Assembly (NCBI GenBank): GCA_017993715.1
Contig: JAGOME010000002.1
Coordinates: forward strand, 41,429-105,428
Source of the DNA: Phycicoccus sp.
GTDB taxonomy: Bacteria > Actinomycetota > Actinomycetes > Actinomycetales > Dermatophilaceae
Length of the DNA: 64,000 nt
Direction: 5' to 3'
Shown here: in pieces, positions 18,411 through 28,270 of the stretch
How positions within the stretch are numbered: position 1 is the stretch's first letter
Layout: the number at the start of each line of letters is the position of its first letter
Notes under the pieces: model-generated
What the model saw: only the letters and a program-made list of their open reading frames with translations
Told to the model about the DNA's origin: nothing
Databases searched by the model: none
Program-made: the position numbers and the translations under genes

Positions 18411-20498
18411 ATGCGGCATGGTGGGGGCATGGATTCCCCCGCAGTCGGCGCGCGCCCTGGGCCCGGGAAGGCGACGGTCAATGTACTGCTCAACGTCGTC
18501 ATCGCGGCGGCCGGCGTCTGGCTGGGCCTGGTCGTCGTCGGGAGTCCGGTCCGGCTGAGCGCGGGCGGGGCGGTGCTCGTCACCGTCTGCCTGCTCGTGC
18601 TGGAGAGTCTGCAGCGTCCTGTCCTGCGGGTGCTGGCGGCCCGGGGGAGCGTGCTCCTCGCGCTCGTTCTCGGGGTGGCCGCGCAGGTCGCCGTCATCGC
18701 GCTGGTCTTCAATGTGGTCCTCGGGATCCGCTTCGATGACTGGTTCAAGCTGCTGACGGTCACGGCGGTCGCCGCGGCGGTCATCGCCGTCGGTCGATGG
18801 CTCGCCAGCGCGAGCGACGCGGCCTATGTCATCGGTCACGCAACCCAGCTGCGCCGGGTTTCGGCGAGTGCCGGACCGCGACCCCGAGGTCTGGTTGTCC
18901 TTCAGATCGACGGGCTGTCCGTCGATGTCCTCGAGCGGGCTGTGCGCTCCGGCGAGGTCCCGACCCTGGCCCGCTGGCTGTCCAGCGGCAGCCACCGCCT
19001 CCAGCCCTGGTGGGTCCAAGTCCCCTCGACCACCCCAGCTAGTCAGGCGGCGCTCCTTTACGGTGACGAGCACACCATCCCGTCGTTCCGGTGGTGGGAT
19101 CGCGCGACGAGCCGGCTGCTGGTCTCCAACCGGCCGGCCGATGCCACCCTCATCGAGTCTCGCCTCCCGGCCGATCGGGGGCTGCTGCGTGAGGGGGGTG
19201 TCGCGGTGAGCACGGCATTCTCCGGGGGTGCGGATGAGACCTACCTGGTGTTCTCCACCGCCCTCAAACGACGGGGGCTGGGCTCGGGCGACGTGGTCGT
19301 GCCGGTCTTTGCGAGTCCCTTTCTCTGGCCCCGGACCGTGCTGCTGACGCTGGGGGAGATGATCAAGGAGACCTTCCAGGCCCGCCGCCAACGTCGTCGC
19401 CGCGTGCGTCCACGCATCGAGCGCAAGCTCTCGTTCGTCGCGTTGCGAGGTTTGACCAATGTCGCCCTGCGCACCCTGAACCTCGTGGTCGTCGTGACGT
19501 GGATGAGTCGTGGGGCGCCGATCATTTTCGTTGACTTCGTCGACTACGACGAGATCGCGCACCATGCCGGTCCCGAGCGACCCGAGGCGATGCGTGCCCT
19601 CGAGGGGATCGATGCCGTGCTCGCGGAGCTGGAGAAGGTCGCCGCCCAGGTCCATACCGACTATGACCTCGTCATCTGGTCCGATCATGGCCAGAGCCTG
19701 GGGTCCACGTTCGACCAGCTGACAGGCCAGTCGCTCACCGATCGGATTCGGGAGCTCATGGACGAGCCGCTCGCGGCGGTGGAGAGCGCCAGCGGCGACG
19801 ACTGGGGGCCGCTCAACACGCTCATCGCGGCCACCATCGGTCGCACCCGGGCGCATCCCGACTCGTTCGTCGTCGGGCCGGATGGGGCCGACGATCCGCG
19901 GGTGGCTGCAGACGTGCCCGACCTGGTGGTCGTCGGTGGTGGCAACCTCGGGATGGTCTGGTTCCCCCATCTGCCGCAGCGGCCGACCTTGAGCCAGGTG
20001 CAGGAGCGCTGGCCTGGGCTGGTCCCCGGCCTCGCCCTGACCCCCGGAGTCGGGCTCGTCATGGTCGGTCTCGGACCGGGAGAGGCACTGCTCGTGGGTC
20101 CGCAGGGGACGCGCCGGGTGGGCGGCTCACACGACGGGGACGTCGAGGGGGAGGACCCCAGCACTCAGTACGACCCTCGCGGTCTGGCCAACTTGGCTCA
20201 CCTGACCACGTTGGAGTCCTGCGGTGACCTCGTGCTGCTCTCGACGGTCGACGAGTTGGGCCTGATCCACGCCTTCGAGTACCAGGTGGGCAGCCACGGC
20301 GGCCTCGGTGGACCGCAGAACCGAGCCATCTTCATCCATCCGACCCGGCTGCCGATGGACGACGAGCTGGCTCGAGCCGACGGGTGGGTCTATGGCGCCG
20401 GCCCGCTGCATCGACAGGTGGAGAGCTGGCGACGCATGCAGGGCACACTGAGCGACGACACGTCGGCGGCAGCGCCGGCGTCGATGCCGCAGCCCTAG
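18411..20498 (+). CDS. membrane protein: N-terminal holin-4-like 4-TM module fused to an alkaline-phosphatase-superfamily (type I phosphodiesterase-like) domain
   Basis: About 130 aa of TM helices, then VVLQIDGLS...PSTTPASQAALLYG...FVDYDEIAHHAG...WSDHGQS, typical of AP-superfamily metal sites. Start could be 18411 or 18429. Confidence 0.6.
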   Translation: MRHGGGMDSPAVGARPGPGKATVNVLLNVVIAAAGVWLGLVVVGSPVRLSAGGAVLVTVCLLVLESLQRPVLRVLAARGSVLLALVLGVAAQVAVIALVFNVVLGIRFDDWFKLLTVTAVAAAVIAVGRWLASASDAAYVIGHATQLRRVSASAGPRPRGLVVLQIDGLSVDVLERAVRSGEVPTLARWLSSGSHRLQPWWVQVPSTTPASQAALLYGDEHTIPSFRWWDRATSRLLVSNRPADATLIESRLPADRGLLREGGVAVSTAFSGGADETYLVFSTALKRRGLGSGDVVVPVFASPFLWPRTVLLTLGEMIKETFQARRQRRRRVRPRIERKLSFVALRGLTNVALRTLNLVVVVTWMSRGAPIIFVDFVDYDEIAHHAGPERPEAMRALEGIDAVLAELEKVAAQVHTDYDLVIWSDHGQSLGSTFDQLTGQSLTDRIRELMDEPLAAVESASGDDWGPLNTLIAATIGRTRAHPDSFVVGPDGADDPRVAADVPDLVVVGGGNLGMVWFPHLPQRPTLSQVQERWPGLVPGLALTPGVGLVMVGLGPGEALLVGPQGTRRVGGSHDGDVEGEDPSTQYDPRGLANLAHLTTLESCGDLVLLSTVDELGLIHAFEYQVGSHGGLGGPQNRAIFIHPTRLPMDDELARADGWVYGAGPLHRQVESWRRMQGTLSDDTSAAAPASMPQP

Positions 20499-20519
20499 CG
20501 ATCGGCGGAGAGGACGGGA

Positions 20520-21305
20520 GTGGACACGGCGACCAGGATCACCTGGCTGGGTCACGCGACGGTGACGCTGGACGTCACGGGCACGCAGGGTCCGGTGCGG
20601 ATCCTCACCGATCCGGTGCTCGGTGCACGCTGTGGCGCCCTCGCCCGGCTGCCCGATACTCCCGACGTCGCCGCCTGGGTGGCGCCCGACGCGATCCTGC
20701 TCTCACATCTGCATCACGACCATGCGGATATTCCTTCATTGCGTCGGCTGCACCGGGTGCCGATCGCGGCGTCCGCGGACAACTTGGGCTGGGTGGCCCG
20801 CAACAAGCTCACGCCGGCCCTGACGCCTCGCCCCGACGCGACCAACCCGTGGTGGACCGTGGCGCCCGGGGTTCAGGTGCGCTTGGTGCGTGCCGACCAC
20901 GTGTCACGTCCCATGCCTCACCGCCCCAATGCCGCCGCGGGTTTCCTTATCCGCACCCCTGAGCACGTCATCTGGTTCGCAGGCGATACCTCGCTCTATC
21001 CGGAGCTCGACCGAATGCCCGAGTTGGCCGGCGCGCCTATCGACGTGGCCTTGGTGCCCATCGGTGGCTGGGGACCCCGGTTATCGCCGGGACATCTGGG
21101 CCCGGTCGAGGCGGCCGAGGCTGTCGCGCTGATCGGTGCCGCGCAGGTGGTGCCCATCCACTATGGGACGCTCTATCCCCGCGGGTGGCCGGCGGCCCGG
21201 CTGACCTGGCTCACGGCACCGGCGGAGCGGCTCGTTGAGGTGATGCCGCAGTGGTCCCGGGCGGTTGTGCATCCGCTGTCGGCGGGGGAGTCCTTGATGC
21301 TCTAG
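20520..21305 (+). CDS. MBL-fold metallo-hydrolase
   Basis: 261 aa (ITWLGHATV...LSHLHHDHAD). GTG start preceded by GGAGAGGA. Confidence 0.8.
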   Translation: MDTATRITWLGHATVTLDVTGTQGPVRILTDPVLGARCGALARLPDTPDVAAWVAPDAILLSHLHHDHADIPSLRRLHRVPIAASADNLGWVARNKLTPALTPRPDATNPWWTVAPGVQVRLVRADHVSRPMPHRPNAAAGFLIRTPEHVIWFAGDTSLYPELDRMPELAGAPIDVALVPIGGWGPRLSPGHLGPVEAAEAVALIGAAQVVPIHYGTLYPRGWPAARLTWLTAPAERLVEVMPQWSRAVVHPLSAGESLML

Positions 21306-21904
21306 GAGGGGCGAAGGCCGCTTGAGCGCAGCTCCAGGGCCGCGAGGCCCGCGATGGCGGCCTCGTCGCCGCTTCGCCAGGCTCCGACCGGATCCGGTGA
21401 GATCGTTGTCAGCCGGTGGAGAGGCTGGCGTGAGAGGGCCCGCAGCGCGAGCAGATCCTTGTCACCATCGGTGCCCAGGAGGCGCTGGGTCGCCGTGGCT
21501 CGGCGGGCGAAACGTAACCGCAGCAGCGACCAGACCAGGCCCACCAGCAGGATCGGAATGGCGGCGGTGGCCCAACTGGCGATGGTTGCGAGGTCGTTCA
21601 CGCCGTCAGCGAGGCCGGTGCCGACCGCGGACAGACCGTCACCCGCCGAGGCCGCGCTGCGAAACGGGCCGGCCAAGTCGTCGCCCACGAGGGGGAGATC
21701 ACTCGCGGCGGCCCCGGCCTCAGTCATCGCGTGGGCGAAAGAGATCCCCGTGCTCTCCAGGCGGCGGCCCGGCGCGGCGAGAGCCGAGATGGCGTCATGG
21801 AGGGCACGGCCCAGCAGCACGCAGCCGGCGACCCACGCCAGCATCGCGAGATCAGCGACAATCTGAGCGGTGCGACGGCGGGGCACATCCGCATAGAGCT
21901 TCAT
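21302..21904 (-). CDS. hypothetical membrane protein
   Basis: 200 aa with two predicted TM segments and high GC3. No family recognised. Confidence 0.55.
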   Translation of the reverse strand: MKLYADVPRRRTAQIVADLAMLAWVAGCVLLGRALHDAISALAAPGRRLESTGISFAHAMTEAGAAASDLPLVGDDLAGPFRSAASAGDGLSAVGTGLADGVNDLATIASWATAAIPILLVGLVWSLLRLRFARRATATQRLLGTDGDKDLLALRALSRQPLHRLTTISPDPVGAWRSGDEAAIAGLAALELRSSGLRPS

Positions 21905-21952
21905 GGCTGCACAGTAGGGGCGAGCCGGGAGATGTGGGTCGGCTCGCCGCCC

Positions 21953-22474
21953 TCAGACGGGCAGCTCGTGGGTGTTCTTGACCGTCTTCATCGTGACCAG
22001 CGAGCGCATGGAGACCACCCCGGGCAACTCGCCGAGGCGCTCGGTGAAAAGGCGGTGATACGCGTCGAGATCACGCGCGACGACGCTGACGAGGTAGTCC
22101 GCATCGCCGGCAATGAGCGAGCACACGGTGACCTCCGGCACGGCGAGGATGGCCTCCTCGAACGCCCGGAGAGTCTCCTGCCGTTGGTCGGTCAAGCTGA
22201 CCATGACCACGACCCGCAGGGAGCGCCCCAGGCGCTGCGGGTCGAGCAGGGCGGCATAGCGGGCGATATAGCCCCGGTCCTCCAGTGACTTGACCCGGCG
22301 CAGGCACGGGGACGGTGACAGGCCGACCCGGCGGGCCAGGTCGACGTTGGTCAGGCGACCATCACGCTGCAGCTCCCGCAGGATGGCCCGGTCTAGCTTG
22401 TCCAACCGGTCGGTCGTCGAGCTCGCCTGCAGGGCCTTGGTGGCTCGTGACCCAGGTAGCCGGGACGAAGGCAT
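21953..22474 (-). CDS. Lrp/AsnC family transcriptional regulator (AldR-like)
   Basis: LDKLDRAILRELQRDGRLTNVDLARRVGLSPSPCLRRVKSLEDRGYI. Divergent from ald, as in mycobacteria. Confidence 0.9.
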   Translation of the reverse strand: MPSSRLPGSRATKALQASSTTDRLDKLDRAILRELQRDGRLTNVDLARRVGLSPSPCLRRVKSLEDRGYIARYAALLDPQRLGRSLRVVVMVSLTDQRQETLRAFEEAILAVPEVTVCSLIAGDADYLVSVVARDLDAYHRLFTERLGELPGVVSMRSLVTMKTVKNTHELPV

Positions 22475-22637
22475 AATCTGCTCCCATTATGGTCAGAGTG
22501 GGCTCATATAGTGCTGTGAATGCTCAAAGTGTGCCAGAAGTGAGCAGCACATGTCGTGGTCGCTTCATTAGACTGCGGGACACGGCAAGGTGGCCGTACC
22601 GCACCCCCATGCGGATACCAGGAGAGAAGGCAGCACG

Positions 22638-23753
22638 GTGAAGGTCGGCGTTCCCAGCGAAGTCAAGAACAACGAGTTCCGAGTCGGCATCACGCCCGTC
22701 GGAGTCAACGAACTGGTCTCCCGTGGACACGAGGTGCTCATCGAAAAGGGAGCCGGTCTCGGCTCGTCGATCACCGACGAGGAGTACGTCGCCCAGGGGG
22801 CGCGGATCCTCGATGAGGCCGACGATGTCTGGGGCGAGGCCGACATGGTCATGAAGGTCAAGGAGCCCATCGCCTCCGAGTACCACCGGCTGCGCGAGGG
22901 CCTGACCCTCTTCACCTACCTCCACCTCGCAGCCGACGAGCCCCTCACCCAGGAGCTCGTCGCCAAGAAGGTCACCGGCATCGCCTACGAGACCGTGCAG
23001 CTCCCGAGCGGTCTGCTGCCGCTGCTCTACCCGATGTCCGAGGTCGCCGGGTGCCTGGCTCCCCAGGTCGGTGCTCACGCGATGATGAAGCCACAAGGGG
23101 GGCGCGGCGTTCTCATGGGTGGCGTCGGTGGCGTGGCCAACGCCAAGGTCGTCGTGCTGGGCGCTGGGGTCGCCGGTCAGAATGCCGCCAACATCGCCCT
23201 GGGGATGGGCGCCGAGGTCACTCTCCTGGACACTGACCTGGACAAGCTGCGGCTGAGCTTCTGGCGCTATGACAACCGCGTGCGCCAAATCGCCTCGTCC
23301 AAGCTCTCGGTCCGCGAGCAGGTCCTCTCCGCCGACCTGGTCATCGGCACCGTCCTCATCCCCGGGGCCAAGGCTCCCAAGCTCGTCACCGACGAGATGG
23401 TTGCCCAGATGAAGCCGGGCTCGGTCCTGGTCGACGTGGCGATCGACCAGGGGGGCTGCTTCGAGGGCTCGCGTCCGACCACGCACGCTGACCCCACGTT
23501 CCAGGTCCACGACTCGATCTACTACTGCGTGGCCAACATGCCTGGCGCGGTCCCGCACACCTCAACGTGGGCCCTGACCAACGCGACGCTGTCCTACGCC
23601 ACCAAGCTGGCCGACAAGGGCTGGCAGGACGCGATGCGCGCCGACGCCTCCTTGGCCTTGGGGCTGAACACCTATGCCGGTGAGATCACGTACGGCGCCG
23701 TGGGCGATGCTTTCGGAATGCCGTCCACGAGCGTCGCGCAGGTTCTCGCCTGA
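22638..23753 (+). CDS. ald: alanine dehydrogenase
   Basis: [20 protein letters not shown] with Rossmann motif [17 protein letters not shown] start preceded by GGAGAGAAGG. Confidence 0.95.
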   Translation: MKVGVPSEVKNNEFRVGITPVGVNELVSRGHEVLIEKGAGLGSSITDEEYVAQGARILDEADDVWGEADMVMKVKEPIASEYHRLREGLTLFTYLHLAADEPLTQELVAKKVTGIAYETVQLPSGLLPLLYPMSEVAGCLAPQVGAHAMMKPQGGRGVLMGGVGGVANAKVVVLGAGVAGQNAANIALGMGAEVTLLDTDLDKLRLSFWRYDNRVRQIASSKLSVREQVLSADLVIGTVLIPGAKAPKLVTDEMVAQMKPGSVLVDVAIDQGGCFEGSRPTTHADPTFQVHDSIYYCVANMPGAVPHTSTWALTNATLSYATKLADKGWQDAMRADASLALGLNTYAGEITYGAVGDAFGMPSTSVAQVLA

Positions 23754-23791
23754 GTCCCGACGCCGCCCGCCCGCCGGCCCGATCCACACCC

Positions 23792-24703
23792 GTGGACCGG
23801 GCTGTCGGCGCGTGGCTGACCCACCTCGACGTCGAGCGCGGGATGTCGCGCCACACGCTGTCGGCCTACCGGCGCGACCTGCGTCGTTACACGGGCTACC
23901 TGCGAGATCGTGGGATCGATGACCCTGCCGACGTGACCGAGGGCCTGCTCGACGACTTCCTGGCCTCGTTGCGCGAGGGGGACGCTCACCATCAGCCGCT
24001 GGCCGCCTCATCGGCGGCTCGCACCCTGGTCGCGGTCCGTGGGCTGCACCGGTTTCTGGTCCAGGAGGGGGAGGTCGGCGATGACCCGGCCCGATCGGTC
24101 GCGCCTCCACGCCCGCCCAAGCGACTGCCCAAGGCCATCTCGCTCGCGCAGGTCGAGCGCCTCTTGGAAGCGGCTCAGGCTCAAGAGCCACCCGCTGGCC
24201 TGCGAGATCGAGCGCTCCTAGAGATCCTCTACGGCTGCGGAGCCCGCATCTCCGAGGCGGTCGGCCTGGATCTGGACGACGTCGACCTCGAGACCGGCCT
24301 GGTGCGCCTGCGCGGCAAGGGCGGCAAGGACCGCGTCGTGCCGCTGGGCAGCTACGCCAGAGACGCGCTGACTGCCTACCTCGTGCGCGCTCGCCCGACG
24401 CTGGCGGCGGCGGGCCGCGGCACGCCGGCCGTCTTCCTCAACCAGCGCGGCGGCCGCCTGTCGCGACAAGGGGCGTGGGGTCGCCTGCGCGACGCCGCCG
24501 AGCGCGCCCAGCTGCCGGGCCACCTCTCTCCGCACACTCTGCGGCATTCCTTTGCGACGCACCTCCTCGAAGGAGGGGCGGACGTGCGGGTCGTTCAGGA
24601 ACTGCTCGGCCATGCGTCGGTGACGACGACGCAGATCTACACGCTGGTCACCGTGCAGCACCTGCGTGAGGTCTATGCCCAGGCTCATCCCCGCGCCCGC
24701 TGA
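23792..24703 (+). CDS. xerD: site-specific tyrosine recombinase XerD
   Basis: [34 protein letters not shown]. Lies in the conserved xerD-parA-scpAB context. Confidence 0.9.
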   Translation: MDRAVGAWLTHLDVERGMSRHTLSAYRRDLRRYTGYLRDRGIDDPADVTEGLLDDFLASLREGDAHHQPLAASSAARTLVAVRGLHRFLVQEGEVGDDPARSVAPPRPPKRLPKAISLAQVERLLEAAQAQEPPAGLRDRALLEILYGCGARISEAVGLDLDDVDLETGLVRLRGKGGKDRVVPLGSYARDALTAYLVRARPTLAAAGRGTPAVFLNQRGGRLSRQGAWGRLRDAAERAQLPGHLSPHTLRHSFATHLLEGGADVRVVQELLGHASVTTTQIYTLVTVQHLREVYAQAHPRAR

Positions 24704-24755
24704 TAGGGTCGGCACCGATCGGCGAGAGCCAGACCGCGTCAACCACGGGAGAGAG

Positions 24756-25658
24756 ATGGAGTCCGACACCGACCTGCAGCGGCCGGAGACCGACCCTGGT
24801 CCAGCCGGGTCCGCGCAGGAGATCGGCCCGACGGGCCGCCCCGTCCCCGACTTCCCGCAGCCGGCCCCGCTAGCCTCGCACGGCCCCGCTCGGGTGATCG
24901 CGATGTGCAACCAAAAGGGCGGTGTCGGCAAGACGACGACCACCATCAACCTCGGGGCGACGTTGGCCGAGCTGGGTCGCCGGGTCCTGCTCGTCGACTT
25001 CGACCCGCAGGGCGCGCTCTCGGTGGGCCTGGGCATCGCCACGCACTCGCTGGACGTCACCGTCTACGACCTGCTCGTGGAGCGCAGCCACGACATCCGC
25101 GACGTCATCGCGCACACCAAGGTCGAGGGCTTGGACATCGTTCCGGCCAACATCGACCTGTCCGCGGCCGAGGTCCAACTCGTCGGCGAGGTGGCGCGCG
25201 AGCAGATCCTTGCCCGCGTGCTGCGCCCAGTGCTCGACGACTACGACGTCATCCTCATCGACTGCCAGCCCTCGCTCGGCTTGCTCACCGTCAACGCCCT
25301 CACCGCGGCCCACGGCGTGATCATTCCGCTCGAGTGCGAGTTCTTCGCCATGCGCGGCGTCGCACTCCTCGTGGAGACCATCGAGAAGATCACCGATCGG
25401 CTCAATCCGCGCCTGACCATCGACGGCATTCTGGCCACCATGTACGACGGGCGCACACTGCATTCGCGCGAAGTCGTCGCCAGCGTCGTCGAGCACTTCG
25501 GGGACCAGGTGTTCCACACGGTCATCAGCCGCACGGTCAAGTTCCCGGATGCCTCCCTGGCCGCCGAGCCGATCACCATCTACGACGGGACACACAAGGG
25601 CGCTGAGGCCTACCGGCAGCTGGCCCGCGAGCTGATCGCCCGCGGCGGGGCGGCCTGA
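24756..25658 (+). CDS. ParA/Soj-family ATPase
   Basis: Deviant Walker A NQKGGVGKTTTTINLGA. Start at MESDTD preceded by GGGAGAGAG. Confidence 0.9.
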   Translation: MESDTDLQRPETDPGPAGSAQEIGPTGRPVPDFPQPAPLASHGPARVIAMCNQKGGVGKTTTTINLGATLAELGRRVLLVDFDPQGALSVGLGIATHSLDVTVYDLLVERSHDIRDVIAHTKVEGLDIVPANIDLSAAEVQLVGEVAREQILARVLRPVLDDYDVILIDCQPSLGLLTVNALTAAHGVIIPLECEFFAMRGVALLVETIEKITDRLNPRLTIDGILATMYDGRTLHSREVVASVVEHFGDQVFHTVISRTVKFPDASLAAEPITIYDGTHKGAEAYRQLARELIARGGAA

Positions 25659-25662
25659 GGGT

Positions 25663-26667
25663 ATGAGTCAGGGCCCCGTCACGGCGGCCCCGTCGGCCTC
25701 CGCCCCCGTCGTCACCCCCGCCACGCCGGGGGGTGTCATCACCCGGCGGGCTGCCGCGACGGCATTCGAGGTCCATCTCGATGTCTTTTCCGGACCGTTC
25801 GACCTGCTTATCGGGCTCATCTCCAAGCACAAGCTCGACATCACCGAAATTTCCCTGGCCAAGGTCACCGACGAGTTCATCGCCCACATCAAGGCGGCCC
25901 AGCAGACCGAGGCCGGCTGGGATCTCTCTCAGGCCTCGGAGTTCCTCCTGGTCGCGGCCACACTCCTGGACCTCAAGGCGGCCCGGCTGCTCCCACAGGT
26001 CGGTCCCGAGGACGAGGAGGACCTGGCCCTGATCGAGGCCCGCGACCTGCTCTTTGCGCGCCTGCTGCAGTACCGCGCCTTCAAGGACATCGCCCAGGCC
26101 TTCGGGGAGCGGATGGCCACGGCCGGGCGGATGGCTGGGCGCAACGTGGGCATGGAGGAGCAGTTCGCCTCTCTGCTGCCCGAGCTGATCATCTCGGTGA
26201 CGCCCGAGCAGCTGGCCGCCATTGCCGCGCGGGCATTGTCGCCCAAGCCGGTCCAGACCGTGGGCCTGTCCCACCTGCACGCCCCCGCTGTGTCGGTGCG
26301 CGAACAGGCCACCCTCATCGGCGAGCGGCTGCGACGCGACGGGGCGGCCTCGTTCCGCTCCCTGGTCGCGGACGCCGACTCGACCCTGGTCATCGTGGCG
26401 CGATTCCTGGCCCTCCTGGAGCTCTTCCGGGAAGCCGCCGTCGCGTTCGAACAGGTCGAAGCCCTCGCAGAGTTGACCGTCCGCTGGACCGGGCCAGATG
26501 CCGAGGTCGAGGTCGATGACGAGTTCGACGAGGATCTGGCCGAGCCATCCCCCGACCCCGGAGACCTGTTCGACGCGGCCGAGGACGCCGCCGCCGAGGC
26601 AGCTGCCCACGCTGGCTCCCACCCCACCCTCCCCACCGACCCCGACACGAGGACCGACGATGAGTGA
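25663..26667 (+). CDS. scpA: segregation and condensation protein A
   Basis: VHLDVFSGPFDLLIGLISKHKLDITEISLAKVTDEF. Confidence 0.9.
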   Translation: MSQGPVTAAPSASAPVVTPATPGGVITRRAAATAFEVHLDVFSGPFDLLIGLISKHKLDITEISLAKVTDEFIAHIKAAQQTEAGWDLSQASEFLLVAATLLDLKAARLLPQVGPEDEEDLALIEARDLLFARLLQYRAFKDIAQAFGERMATAGRMAGRNVGMEEQFASLLPELIISVTPEQLAAIAARALSPKPVQTVGLSHLHAPAVSVREQATLIGERLRRDGAASFRSLVADADSTLVIVARFLALLELFREAAVAFEQVEALAELTVRWTGPDAEVEVDDEFDEDLAEPSPDPGDLFDAAEDAAAEAAAHAGSHPTLPTDPDTRTDDE

Positions 26668-27274
26668 CCCCAGTGACCTGGAGGGCAACGGCGAGCCGCA
26701 GGCTCTCGACGTGGCCAGCCTTCCCGGCGGCCTGCCGGGTGCCCTCGAGGCCGTGCTGATGGTGGTCGAGGAGCCCATCTCCGCGGTCACCCTCGCGGCT
26801 GCTCTTGAGGTGCCGGTGCCCGACGTCGAGGACGCGCTGGGGGAGTTGGACCATGCGTATGCCATGGCCCACCGCGGTTTCACCCTGCGCCAAGTCGGTG
26901 GCGGCTGGAGGTTCTACAGCAGATCCGACTACGCCCCCGTCGTGGAGAAGTTCCTCCTCGGCGGACAGCAGGCTCGCCTCACCCACGCTTCCCTGGAAAC
27001 CCTGGCCGTCATTGCCTACCGCCAGCCGGTGTCGCGGGCTCGGATCGCTGCTGTCCGTGGAGTCAACGTGGACGGGGTCATCCGCACGCTGCTCACCCGG
27101 GGGCTGATCGAGGAGCGCGGCCACGACGAGGAGTCCACGGCGATCCTTTACGGGACCACCACCTATTTCCTGGAGCGGCTCGGGCTGCAGTCGCTCGATG
27201 ATCTGCCGGCTCTGGCGCCCTACCTCCCCGAGGCGGACCTCCTCGACGAGATCGCCGAGCGGGGACGGGCATGA
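26660..27274 (+). CDS. scpB: SMC-Scp complex subunit ScpB
   Basis: LEAVLMVVEEPIS...IAYRQPVSRARIAAVRGVNVDGVIRTLLTRGLI. Overlaps the scpA 3' end by 8 nt. Confidence 0.9.
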   Translation: MSDPSDLEGNGEPQALDVASLPGGLPGALEAVLMVVEEPISAVTLAAALEVPVPDVEDALGELDHAYAMAHRGFTLRQVGGGWRFYSRSDYAPVVEKFLLGGQQARLTHASLETLAVIAYRQPVSRARIAAVRGVNVDGVIRTLLTRGLIEERGHDEESTAILYGTTTYFLERLGLQSLDDLPALAPYLPEADLLDEIAERGRA

Positions 27275-28269
27275 CGCCGGCGAGCGGCCGTGGCGGTCGT
27301 GGCGGGTCAGGCGCAGGGCGCGCCGGATCAGGTGGCGGCCGGTCCGCTGGAGGATCGCGCGGCCGGGATGGCGGCGGTCGTGGCGGTGGCCCGAGGACCC
27401 CACGAGAGGGGCAAGGCGGGCGCGGCACCTCGCCCTCCAAGGACCGCGATCGGGACCAGCGGCGTGGACGCGTCGGGACCACCAAACCCTCACAGCCCAC
27501 CGCTGCCCCGCAGTGGCCTTCACGGCCGACCCGCGACGTGCACGACCCGGACGGCATTCGACTGCAAAAGTTGCTCGCCGGTGCCGGAGTGGGGAGTCGC
27601 CGGGCATGCGAACAGCTCATCGTCGACGGTCGCGTCGAGGTCGACGGTCAGATCGTCACCGAGCTCGGCGTGCGGGTGCGCCCCGACCAGCTCGTGCACG
27701 TCGACGGGGTGCGGGTGCAGTTGGACGCTTCGCGCGTCTACCTCGCCTTCAACAAGCCCCTCGGGGTGGTCACGTCCATGAGCGACGAGTTGGGGCGCGC
27801 CGATATTGGTGACTTCCTCCAGGGTCGTTCCGAGCGGCTCTTCCATGTCGGACGACTCGACGCCGATACCGAAGGTCTGCTCATCCTGACCAACGACGGG
27901 GATCTGGCGCACCGGCTGCAGCACCCGACCTACGGAGTTCTGAAGACCTATCTCGCCGTCGTGCCAGGCCCGGTCGCTCGGGATGCCGGCAAGCAATTGC
28001 GCGAGGGGATCGACCTCGAGGACGGCTTGGCCCGCGTTGACTCTTTCCGGGTGGTGGATTCCCAACCGGGCAAGGCGTTGGTCGAGGTCATCCTGCACGA
28101 GGGGCGCAAGCACATTGTGCGTCGCCTGCTCGATGCCGTTGGCCACCCTGTGCAGTCACTCGTCCGCACCCAGGTCGGCCCGATTCACCTAGGCGACACC
28201 AAGGTCGGCAAATGGCGGGTCCTGACCAAGGCTGAGGTCGGCGCCCTGTACTCCGCGGCAGGTTTGTGA
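27271..28269 (+). CDS. pseudouridine synthase (RluB/RsuA family) with N-terminal Gly/Arg-rich extension
   Basis: S4 domain (IRLQKLLAGAGVGSRRACEQLIVDGRVEVDG) and catalytic HVGRLDADTEGLLILTNDG. Confidence 0.9.
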   Translation: MTPASGRGGRGGSGAGRAGSGGGRSAGGSRGRDGGGRGGGPRTPREGQGGRGTSPSKDRDRDQRRGRVGTTKPSQPTAAPQWPSRPTRDVHDPDGIRLQKLLAGAGVGSRRACEQLIVDGRVEVDGQIVTELGVRVRPDQLVHVDGVRVQLDASRVYLAFNKPLGVVTSMSDELGRADIGDFLQGRSERLFHVGRLDADTEGLLILTNDGDLAHRLQHPTYGVLKTYLAVVPGPVARDAGKQLREGIDLEDGLARVDSFRVVDSQPGKALVEVILHEGRKHIVRRLLDAVGHPVQSLVRTQVGPIHLGDTKVGKWRVLTKAEVGALYSAAGL

Positions 28270-28270
28270 C

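Noticed and set aside
23792-25658. Tyrosine recombinase and ParA ATPase considered as mobile-element or plasmid-partition genes
   Set aside because: They sit in the conserved chromosomal xerD-parA-scpA-scpB-rluB-cmk-der order with normal composition. No att sites or element cargo are nearby, and the tRNA-Pro repeat is 8 kb away.
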